Shown piece by piece: positions 11,464 to 19,689 of a stretch of 20,639 nucleotides of DNA. This stretch comes from Macrostomum lignano. Taxonomy: Eukaryota. How positions within the stretch are numbered: the stretch's first letter is position 1; every line of letters starts with the position of its first letter. The position numbers were made by a program, and so were the translations under genes. Location: NCBI GenBank assembly GCA_002269645.1, contig NIVC01001467.1:1-20639 (forward strand), read 5' to 3'. The notes beneath the pieces were generated by a model. That model saw only the letters and a program-made list of their open reading frames with translations. It was not told the DNA's origin and did no database searches.

Positions 11464-11780
11464 AGAGTTGTAGCCTATAGTGGTTAGAGCGTCGGACTCA
11501 CGACTTGAATGTCGATGGTTCGATTCCCGATCCTACTGGGACAATTGTGTCCCTGAGCACGACACTTAACTCTGCATTGCTTCGGTTCACCCAGCTGTAA
11601 AATGGGTACCAGCATTAGTTGGGGTAATTGAGGCTTTGTGTGGCGACCCCCCAGTCCTTGGAACGAACAGCCAGCCGTACGCAGCCTTCAGGTGCGCCGC
11701 ACAATAGCTGTGGCAGAGCTGTCGGTTGCACATCTGGCCCAATTGGGGCAGGTGTTTTCAATAGTTTTTGTAATACTACT
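11464..11780 (+). mobile_element. tRNA-derived SINE with a CORE-like central domain, inside intron 1 of the + strand channel pseudogene
   Basis: A-box-like TAGCCTATAGTGG (11471-11483) and B-box GGTTCGATTCC (11517-11527) in a broken cloverleaf, followed by TGTGTCCCTGAGCACGACACTTAAC...CAGCTGTAAAATGGG, which resembles the MIR/CORE consensus TGTGTGACCTTGGGCAAGTCACTTAAC...CATCTGTAAAATGGG; ends in a TAATACTACT-like tail. No clear target-site duplication; 3' end approximate. Confidence 0.8.
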
Positions 11781-13844
11781 GGTAAATAACCACCATCTGG
11801 AGCACTATACTAGCCTACAAAATGCTGCAAAAAAGAAGAGTTGTGCAAACAAAAAGCTTCGTTTTTAGAGACACTACATCGATGCAAGACAGGAATTTGC
11901 CAATCCCCCCCCAACAGATCTCAACAGCGCCTCTGAGATTTTTTTTGCCTCGGTGGCAACACAACTGAAAGACTAAATCGATTAAATATGTAGTATAGCT
12001 TTGCTCTGTTGCACTCGTTGGAATACAACAGCCTAATTGATGGAGTTGCTCACAGGCTCGAGCAGGCCATTCTAACTAGCGATTTTACCTACATCAGCAG
12101 CAACGGTCTGCCTTCCTACGAGGCCATGCCAGCGGAGGAATTCTTCCATCTGGTGTTTCTGCGCGGCTTTCGCTGGGTTCTGAACGATACTGTGCGGGCA
12201 ACGCTGGCCAAGGGTGGCACCGCTAGCGGCCTGACCGTCACTGTGATGACCGACGCAAACTTCTCCTCGACTTCACCAACAGGTCAGAGTACAACAACAC
12301 GCAGCTCACGCGTTTGATGGAATGGGTATAGAAGCCTACAATCACACAATCACGGGAAGCCCAATGGACAATAGGGGCCTTTCGGGGCATCATTGCGTTA
12401 GTGTCAAAAAAATTCTGTGAACAGCATGTGTAGCCATTCAACTAACCAATTGACACTAACAGGTCCATCGGTCCTATCCAGGGTGTACGCTGGCGATTCG
12501 CTAATCCCAGTTTCCGATTGGTCGCTGTCGAGAATGGACTTCGACGATCCAGATCGCAGGGCCAGGTTTCGAGTCTATTTGTGCCCACCTGGCGAGTACC
12601 CAACAGCGTTCGTGACGTCGTTCTCCCTCGGTCCCGATAGATATCACACGGTAGATATCAGCATGGCTGAGCAAGTGTACAACTCGGCAAGCTTCGAATG
12701 TCTGAGTGCCCTTTTGGATCAGGCTCAGTTTGTCAATCCATATTCTCAGGAGCCGTACAATCACACCTACAGCTATTCCTACTGCTAATTCAAAGAGTAT
12801 CACAGGTACAATACAGTTACTTTATTACACAATACTTTGTTGGATGATTTATTGATTCTACGTCGTGCTCTCGTGCTCCAGTACATGCAAAAGGTGCAAT
12901 GAAAACTGGAATCCTATTGTTGAATTTCATGGGCACGCCGCGTCCACTTCAGGCAATACCAGCAGAAAACCAACCTGAGCGGCGATGCAAGCCTCATGCC
13001 GTGGCCGCAGAGAGGCTACCGCTACCTGTTTAACCTGACTGATAAGGACGCCAATTTTCTCCAGCTGGCAGGAGAAACGCCAGCAGATCCGTCGTTTAGT
13101 TACGAAGAAATTGGCAACATAGTGGAGAACGCGCATCAGGTGTGCAAGTCGAAAGCGCCCTGCTCAACACTGGACTACGACGTCACCATGTCCAGCACGG
13201 ACTGGCCAACCTACAGTTCCGTGATGCCGTTTGTAACGGCCACTGTGCAGCAGGTCAAAGACAGGGCTGGCAACGCGTCCGTACCGGCGATTGCCCGACT
13301 GCTCGGCGCAGATGCAGCAGGTGCTGCGGCAATCGCCAGCGCTAATCTGATTAAGGTGGGTAATTGCTGTTAATTGGACCTTTGCTCATGGAGATCTGGA
13401 CAGATTTACCAATTCGGTACCGCCCCGAAGCTAAATTATTGATTTCCACAACGGATCACAAGGTGGGGAGACAAACCATTAACCCCTTGTCCCTCTCGGT
13501 GGCGACGCCTCTGGTTATGCCTTCTCGTTTCATATTTCCGTTCCATGTTTCTTTAAAAAATTCCTTCTGCTAATAAAAATTAAAGTGGATGTCCAAGTGA
13601 AAGATGCTAAAAATGATGACGCTAAAACCTTCAAATTCTAGGCCAGCTTCAGAATTTGTACGGCAACCTGCAGCCGATTCACTCACTCAGTCGACTACGG
13701 GATCAACAATTTCATCTCCGACATTGGCGGCATACTTGGCCTCTATTTGGGCATGTCGTTGCTGACAATTTCGCGAACTGCTCGAATTAGCCTACGATCT
13801 TGGCGTCGTTCTGTGGAACAAGTGAGCAGCGGCAGTTAAGACAA

Positions 13845-13858
13845 GTAACCATGGCAAC
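13845..13858. promoter_or_regulatory. RFX X-box consensus match GTAACCATGGCAAC
   Basis: Full match to RTHNYYWTRRNRAC; function untested. Confidence 0.3.
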
Positions 13859-14250
13859 TGTGAAGAAATCATTATTGACGGAGAAGCACCATCAGCGGAG
13901 ACTACGGGAGTTACGAAGAAGCAAAATGGAGCTGTTGCGCAAGAATTTGCGACGACAAATACGCCAAGAACCGAGTCAACTACAACAACAGATAGCACTC
14001 ATCACATTGTGCTGTGCGCCGAACTCAAGTGTACTCATTTTAGGCAGAATTCCTTTGTGTTTAAGTTACTAGGTATAGTTATAAAAAATGAATAATTATA
14101 AGAATAATAAGCTTTTTTCCAAGAAACAAGATGAAGCCACTCTTGTCCAGTCCTGTACACACAGTGGAAACTTTATTATATTTTATAATTAGGTACTTGA
14201 ACAGTACAATGAGAACGCTAATAGTCAATAGTTAAATCGGGCTTAGTTAT

Positions 14251-14610
14251 TTATTGATCCGTTTCCATAGCAACCGATGCTGCCTGCTGCTGTTTCTTTT
14301 GACGCTTCTTTCCAGCATTGCTACTGTCAGTAGCTGACACTTCCATCGCAGACTCGGCAACCTGTTCCTTTAACTCCCGCCTGAGCTGTTTCATAATTTT
14401 CCGCTTCCTCTTGCCAGACAATTCAATATTGGCGTTAGGGTTGGTGCGCAGCTTGCGCAACTGGCCGGGCGTTTGCAAATCCGCGTCGGGAATCTCGCAA
14501 ATTCGAGGCGGCTTGGCCGCGCGGCGTCGTTTGATCTTTTCCCTGTGCCGCTTGTGATTGTGCTTCACGTGGGCTGGTCGCTTCCGGTTGGGGTCTCTGT
14601 GCATGCCCAT
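14251..14610 (-). CDS. C11orf98: C11orf98-like small basic protein (119 aa), putative pre-60S ribosome assembly factor; single coding exon
   Basis: ANIELSGKRKRKIMKQLRRELKEQVAESAMEV and KRQKK match human C11orf98 as I recall it (ANITLSGKKRRKLLQQIR...AMEV...KRQKK); similar length; strong Kozak context ACCGCCATGG; AATAAA overlaps the stop codon (14250-14255). Confidence 0.8.
   Translation of the reverse strand: MGMHRDPNRKRPAHVKHNHKRHREKIKRRRAAKPPRICEIPDADLQTPGQLRKLRTNPNANIELSGKRKRKIMKQLRRELKEQVAESAMEVSATDSSNAGKKRQKKQQQAASVAMETDQ
14261..14274. promoter_or_regulatory. RFX X-box consensus match GTTTCCATAGCAAC inside the 3' end of the C11orf98-like CDS
   Basis: Canonical X-box (GTTGCTATGGAAAC on -), encoding V-A-M-E-T; may be incidental. 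Confidence 0.25.
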
Positions 14611-14975
14611 GGCGGTTTAATGAGTCAGCATGCATATTGGTGTTACGTTTTATTTCATGAATCATCCAATACTGGAAAAAGTTCTTAAAGACCGATCGGG
14701 AGGGGAGAGCACGTTCACACAGGGTGTACACGGACGGTGGTGGAATGGCTCGTAAAGCTCCAATGACCAATGTTTAGCGCACAAGCCTCAAATGAATTTT
14801 AAACTCAACAATTAACACATCAACACTTGAACAGCTTAGGTACTGAACTAGCCATTGTCGTTCAATTGTATATTTCTCGCAATGCGCAGTTGATGACAAA
14901 TGCACTAATATTAGGCACAGAAAACAGATCGATAGCTTCTTCGGAAAACTTGCGTGTTAAGAGGCACTTTTAAAG

Positions 14976-16610
14976 ACGATTCTCTAGTGAGAGTGGGGGC
15001 GATTCTCTACAGAGAGTGAGGGCGATTCTTTTGGATAGTGAGGGCGATTCTCTAGGGTGAGTGAGGGCGATTCTCTAAGGAGAGGGGGCGATTCTCTAGA
15101 GAGAGTGGGGGCGATTCTCTAGGGTGAGTCAGGTCGATTCTCTAGGGAGAATGAGGGCGATTCTTCAGAGAGAGTGAGGGCGATTCTTTATGGAGAGTGA
15201 AGGCAATTCTCTACGGAGAGTAGGGCGAATCTCTAGGTAGAGTGAGGGCGATTCTCCAGGGAGAGTGAGGGCGATTCTCTAGGGAGAGTGGAGGCGATTT
15301 TTTAGGGAGAAAGAGGGCGATTCTCTAGGGAGAGTGGGGCGATTTTTTATGGAGAAAGAGGGCGATTATCTAGGGAGAGTGAGGGCGATTCTCTAAGGTG
15401 AGTGGGGCGATTCTCTAGGGAGAGTGGGGGCGATTCTCTAAGGAGAGTGGGGCGATTCTCTAGGGAGAGTGGGGGCGATTCTCTAAGGAGAGTGGGGCGA
15501 TTCTCTAGGGAGAGTGGGGGCGATTCTCTAAGGAGAGTTGGGCGATTCTCTAGGGAGAGTGAGGGCGATTCTCTAGGGAGAGTGAGGGCGATTCTCTAGG
15601 TGAGTGGGGCGATTCTCTAGGGAGAGCGAGGGCGATTCTCTAGGGAGAGTGAGGGCGATTCTCTAAGGTGAGTGGGGCGATTCTCTAGGGAGAGTGGGGG
15701 CGATTCTCTAAGGAGAGTTGGGCGATTCTCTAGGGAGAGTGAGGGCGATTCTCTAGGGAGAGTGAGGGCGATTCTCTAAGGTGAGTGGGGCGATTCTCTA
15801 GGGAGAGTGGGGGCGATTCTCTAAGGAGAGTTGGGCGATTCTCTAGGAGAGTGAGGGCGATTCTCTAAGGAGAGTGGGGCGATTCTCTAGGGAGAGTGGG
15901 GCGATTCTCTAAGGAGAGTTGGGCGATTCTCTAGGGAGAGTGAGGGCGATTCTCTAGGGAGAGTGAGGGCGATTCTCTAGGGAGAGTGGGGGCGATTCTC
16001 TAGGGAGAGTGAGGGCGATTCTCTAGGGAGAGTGAGGGCGATTCTCTAGGGAGAGTGGGGGCGATTCTCTAAGGAGAGTGAGGGCGATTCTCTAGGGAGA
16101 GTGGAGGCGATTCTCTAGAGAGAGTGGGGGCGATTCTCTAGAGAGAGTGGGGGCGATTCTCTAGAGAGAGTGGGGGCGATTATCTAGGGAGAGTGGGGGC
16201 GATTCTTTAGGGAGAGCGAGGGCGATTCTCTAGGGTGAGTGAGGGCGATTCTCTAGGGTGAGTGAGGGCGATTCTCTAGGGAGAGCGATGGCGATTCTCT
16301 AGGGTGAGTGAGGGCGATTCTCTAGGGAGAGTGGGGGCGATTCTCTAAGGAGAGTGAGGGCGATTCTCTAGGGAGAGTGGGGCGATTCTCTAGGGAGAGT
16401 GGGGGCGATTCTCTAGGGAGAGTGGGGGCGATTCTCTAGAGAGAGTGGGGGCGATTCTCTAAGGAGAGTTGGGCGATTCTCTAGGGAGAGTGGGGGCGAT
16501 TCTCTAAGGAGAGTGAGGGCGATTCTCTAGGGAGAGTGGGGGCGATTCTCTAGAGAGAGTGGGGGCGATTCTCTAGGGAGAGTGGGGGCGATTTAAGAGC
16601 GATTTTAGGG
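14976..16610 (+). repeat. 22/23-bp minisatellite, unit GGGCGATTCTCTAGGGAGAGTG(A/G), about 70 copies, with local higher-order structure
   Basis: Directly visible; left edge (14976-15390) degenerate, interior homogeneous; a 113-bp five-unit block recurs (CTCTAAGGTGAGTGGGG at 15661 and 15774). Confidence 0.97.
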
Positions 16611-16679
16611 GTTCAAGATGACAAAGACAAAGTACACACTGTCATACAAGCAGAAATCAAGTCAAAGGCTGTCGAATAA

Positions 16680-17516
16680 TCAACGCCTCCTTTTACCACC
16701 GCGACTGCCGCCTCGACCGCCACCGCTAATTTTCTTTCTAACTGAGCTCTTCTTTGAACCGAACTTCTGCTGCTGCTTCTGCTTGGAATTATTGCCGCGC
16801 TGCTGTCGTGCTTTCTTAGAAAACTTCGACTGTCGACCGGAACGCGCCGTAGATGACTTTTCAACTTGGTCGTCATGCTCTTCATCATCATCACAGTTAT
16901 CAGCTGGTGCCCTGCCAAGACTCAGATCGCCTCCCCGACCGCCAGCAGAAGCGGCATGGATAGCTGAGAAATTCTGCTTCAACAACAGACTGGCTAATTG
17001 TCGAATCGAATGGCTAGCTACCTGGTTGCTACCCGAGGCTAATTTGCGTAGCAACGGTTCGCAAGACTGACAGGACAGTCCGCCTAGATCGGGATCGTCG
17101 TCAGTAGCCAGCACCAGCTGACCAGCCGCTGTGGCGGCGGCTTCGGCGTCATCAACATCGTCAGCTGGTTCAAGCAGTCGCTGCGCTCGAGGAAACACAG
17201 CCAACAGCCGGGCAGCACAGGTCAGCAGACAGGTTAGGGAAGCTTCCGTAGCGGAACTGCCGTTTCCATTTAGCAGAGCTGTCTGACAAATTGAGTCCAG
17301 TAAACGGCGCAGAAAGTTGACGGGTCGCATCGGCGGCAGATGACGCCGACGGTCGGCGAGGGCGGCCAGGAGGGTCTGAGACAGGCTGGGGGCCAGGTCG
17401 GGGTGGTGGCGAACCAGACGGGGCAGCCGCTTGTACAGGTGCAGGTAGAACCGGCGTGGGTCCAGGGTGAGCGCTTCGCCTTCTCCGCTGAGCAGGGCGA
17501 GGGCTGTGCGAACCAC
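16680..17516 (-). CDS. NOC3L: NOC3L terminal coding exon (CBF/Mak21-domain region plus acidic/basic RGG tail)
   Basis: Acceptor CTACAG|GTG at 17517; VVRTALALLSGEGEALTLDPRRFYLHLYKRL matches human NOC3L [31 protein letters not shown]; stop TGA 16680-16682. Confidence 0.9.
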   Translation of the reverse strand: MVRTALALLSGEGEALTLDPRRFYLHLYKRLPRLVRHHPDLAPSLSQTLLAALADRRRHLPPMRPVNFLRRLLDSICQTALLNGNGSSATEASLTCLLTCAARLLAVFPRAQRLLEPADDVDDAEAAATAAGQLVLATDDDPDLGGLSCQSCEPLLRKLASGSNQVASHSIRQLASLLLKQNFSAIHAASAGGRGGDLSLGRAPADNCDDDEEHDDQVEKSSTARSGRQSKFSKKARQQRGNNSKQKQQQKFGSKKSSVRKKISGGGRGGSRGGKRRR

Positions 17517-17705
17517 CTGTAGGTGATATAAAGAAAGTTTGAGAGTTTATGTGTGCCTTCTGCATGCTGGTTAGCCTGGTAAATAAGTGTGCTGATGCTA
17601 TATGCCGTGTAGAAAAGGGGAAATAAAATAAGATTTATAAGAGGCAAAAAGTCCAGGTGAAGACAGGTGAATAATGCAGAAATGGACAATATGATGGGCC
17701 AAGAC

Positions 17706-17708
<3 letters not shown>

Positions 17709-17736
<28 letters not shown>
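17709..17736 (+). repeat. (GACA)7 microsatellite in the last NOC3L intron
   Basis: Directly visible. Confidence 0.95.
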
Positions 17737-18115
17737 CAGATAGGGAGACTTTTTATTTTAAAAAACTGAACTGACCGGTTACAACCGGTGAGAGGAGGCA
17801 TTGCTGCCCATTCCGCCGACTCCCCTGAGCAGGCACACAATCGCGCGGATACGTACGCAGTCATACGCACAGGCACTCACTCACACAGGAGTGTACAGCG
17901 GCCCTAACTTTATTTATCGTTATGGCATGTACACTTTACTGTGCCTTGGGGGTTGTTGGCCCTCAAGCTGAGCGTTAATTGCACGAGCAGAGAGCCAAGC
18001 CGAGATTCCAAATGGTAGCCGCAAAATAATGTGACTGCACTTCGAATCGATCCTGGGCCGCTGGCACACCAGAGCGACAAGCTAGACCAATTGGCTACCC
18101 CCCGCCCCCCTGAGA

Positions 18116-18135
18116 GACAGACAGACAGACAGACA
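18116..18135 (+). repeat. (GACA)5 microsatellite just inside the donor end of the last NOC3L intron
   Basis: Directly visible. Confidence 0.9.
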
Positions 18136-18148
18136 GCAAGCCAGTCAC

Positions 18149-18505
18149 CTCAACAGAGTGCGCAGTGGACAGGTCTGGCCAGTCCAGCAGTGCCTGCAGC
18201 GCGCTAAACAGGTCCGGCAGCAGGTCCAAGTTGACTCTTAGCGATAGACGCGCCAGTCCAGTTAGCGCAGATGTTAGCGCGCGTGCTCCGGGTTTGGCGC
18301 GCAGGACGCGTAGATACAGATGCAACAGCAGCTCCGCGCACCGCTGCTGCAGTCGGGCCCGAGTGGCAGCGCTCTCCTGATGGCGCAGCTCCTCGAGGCC
18401 GCGAGTGGCATCGGCCGATCGCTTGCCCTGCCGGCGCTCTTTGCGGGATAACTTGGCCAGCTTCTGCTGGTGGGTAAGCCGCTGGTTGCCGGGCGCAGAC
18501 TGGTC
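18149..18505 (-). CDS. NOC3L: NOC3L internal coding exon (119 codons, phase 0/0)
   Basis: Acceptor CGTCCAG|GAC and donor GAG|GTGACT; LSRKERRQGK...LLLHLYLRVLRAK...ALTGLARLSLRVNLDLLPDL matches human LSRMQRKWKK...IVFVTYFRILKK...[20 protein letters not shown]. Confidence 0.88.
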
Positions 18506-18573
18506 CTGGACGGGTGGGAGGCGGACAAGGGAACTGGGAATTTAATTATCGGACCGTATTTTTAGAAGCTAGA

Positions 18574-19214
18574 AATATCCACATAGCAACCAGAGAATAA
18601 TAATATCCCCATAGCAATATAAGGGAATAAGAATATCTCCATCTAGAAACCAGAGACTAAAAATATCGCCATAGCAACCAGAGACTAAAATATCCCCATA
18701 GCAACCAGAGAATAATATTAACCCCGCAGCAACTAGAGATTAAGATTTAAGAATATCGCCTTAGCAACCAGAGAATAATATTAACCCCACAGCAACTAGA
18801 GAATAAGAAAATCGCCTTAGCAACCAGAGAATCAGAATATTACCATATCAACCAGAGAATACCAATATTCCCATGGCAACCAAAGAATAAGAATATCCTC
18901 ATAGCAACGAGAGAATAAGAATATCCCATAGCAACCAGAGAATAAGAATATCCCATAGCAACCAGAGAATAAGAATATCCCATAGCAACCAGAGAATAGG
19001 AATATCCCCATGGCAACCAGAGAATAAGAATATACTCATAGCAACCAGAGAATAAGAATATCCCCATAGCAACCAGAGAATAGGAATATCCCATGGCAAC
19101 CAGAGAATAAGAATATCCTCATAGCAATCAGAGAATAGGAATATCCCCATGGCAACCAGAGAATAAGAGTATTCTCATAGCAACCAGAGAATAAGAATAT
19201 ACTCATAGCAACCA
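18574..19214 (+). repeat. 27/28-bp minisatellite, unit ATAGCAACCAGAGAATAAGAATATCCC, about 23 copies, inside a NOC3L intron
   Basis: Directly visible; explains the 9-aa repeat ORFs (MGYSYSLVA). Confidence 0.95.
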
Positions 19215-19235
19215 AAAATCCGAAACGTAACCCAC

Positions 19236-19535
19236 TTTAGTGGGAGGCGGCAGATCTAGTCGAACGCTGGTCAGCACGTCTAAAAGGTCGGCATGTACTT
19301 TTGCTCCGGCGGCCACGGCCACGCGACAAGCGGCTTTTACCGCTCTGAGGGACGCTTCGCCGGCTCGATCCTCAACGAACAGCTGGCGAAATGCCGAGCA
19401 GGCGAGCGAGCTGATCTCAGCGGAGCGGCTTTGCAGACAAGGGGTTAGCCAAGCTATCAGCTCCGATGATTCGTTAAAGTTGGGATGATTGGCCAGTAGC
19501 TGAGAGAGGCAACGAATGGCCACATTGCGATTGGA
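19236..19535 (-). CDS. NOC3L: NOC3L internal coding exon (100 codons, phase 0/0)
   Basis: Acceptor CCCCAG|TCC and donor AAA|GTGGGT; VAIRCLSQLLANHPNFN...ACSAFRQLFVEDRAGEASLRAVK matches human VAVKSLCELLVALPHFN...[23 protein letters not shown]. Confidence 0.9.
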
Positions 19536-19689
19536 CTGGGGCGGTAGGGAGGAATGAATGTGGTCTGGGTTAGCTGAGTAATTAACTAATTAACTAACTA
19601 ATCAACATATCATTAATAAGCACTCTTCCTAAGTTGTCTACCCAAACGAAAAGTAATCTGATGATTTTACTAACTTTTAGAGAGTATTA

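Larger units (their letters stand above)
10980..14095 (+). pseudogene. Intron-containing DEG/ENaC pseudogene; inferred exons 10980-11280, 11918-12282, 12463-12805, 12953-13355, 13642-13825 (frame stays open to 14095)
   Basis: Colinear with the minus-strand copy (QSTSHG, TM1 RLLWLLFFLAFLGLCLRGL, FKFPDVYKC, IPVSDWSLSRMDFDDPDRRA, NPYSQEPYNH, STDWPTYSS, SDIGGILGLYLGMSLLT). GT-AG introns 11281-11917, 12283-12462, 12806-12952, 13356-13641 keep the frame (phases 1,1,2,0). Lesions: TAG 11268-11270, frameshift ~11940-11990 plus TAG 11991-11993, TAA 12786-12788, +1 frameshift ~13768-13772, TGA 13823-13825. Intron 1 boundaries are the least certain. Confidence 0.85.

Noticed and set aside
11464-11540. 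Functional tRNA (CAC in the anticodon loop)
   Set aside because: T-stem, anticodon stem and acceptor stem do not pair properly, and the sequence continues into a CORE-like SINE body.
11869-11993. Alternative exon 11869-11952 with a 41-nt intron 11953-11993
   Set aside because: Weak GTGGCA donor and poorer fit to the paralogue than a degraded continuous exon from 11918; not fully excluded.
13572-13577. Intronic AATAAA that could give a TM2-less channel isoform
   Set aside because: AT-rich intron, chance match likely, and the gene is already disrupted upstream.
13654-13671. Possible compensating +1/-1 frameshift (ICTAT vs PHRQN; shared CGGCA offset by one base)
   Set aside because: Rests on a 5-nt match; too weak.
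8210-13825. Stop-codon reassignment as an explanation for the in-frame stops
   Set aside because: Stops align with different residues (Q, W, Y, L) and co-occur with frameshifts; TAA, TAG and TGA are used as normal terminators elsewhere in the window.
14976-16610. CRISPR-like array, ORF 15402-15599, and splice-like TTCTCTAG / GGTGAGT motifs in the units
   Set aside because: No unique spacers or cas genes and the context is eukaryotic; the ORF and splice motifs are products of the unit sequence with no + strand gene to use them.
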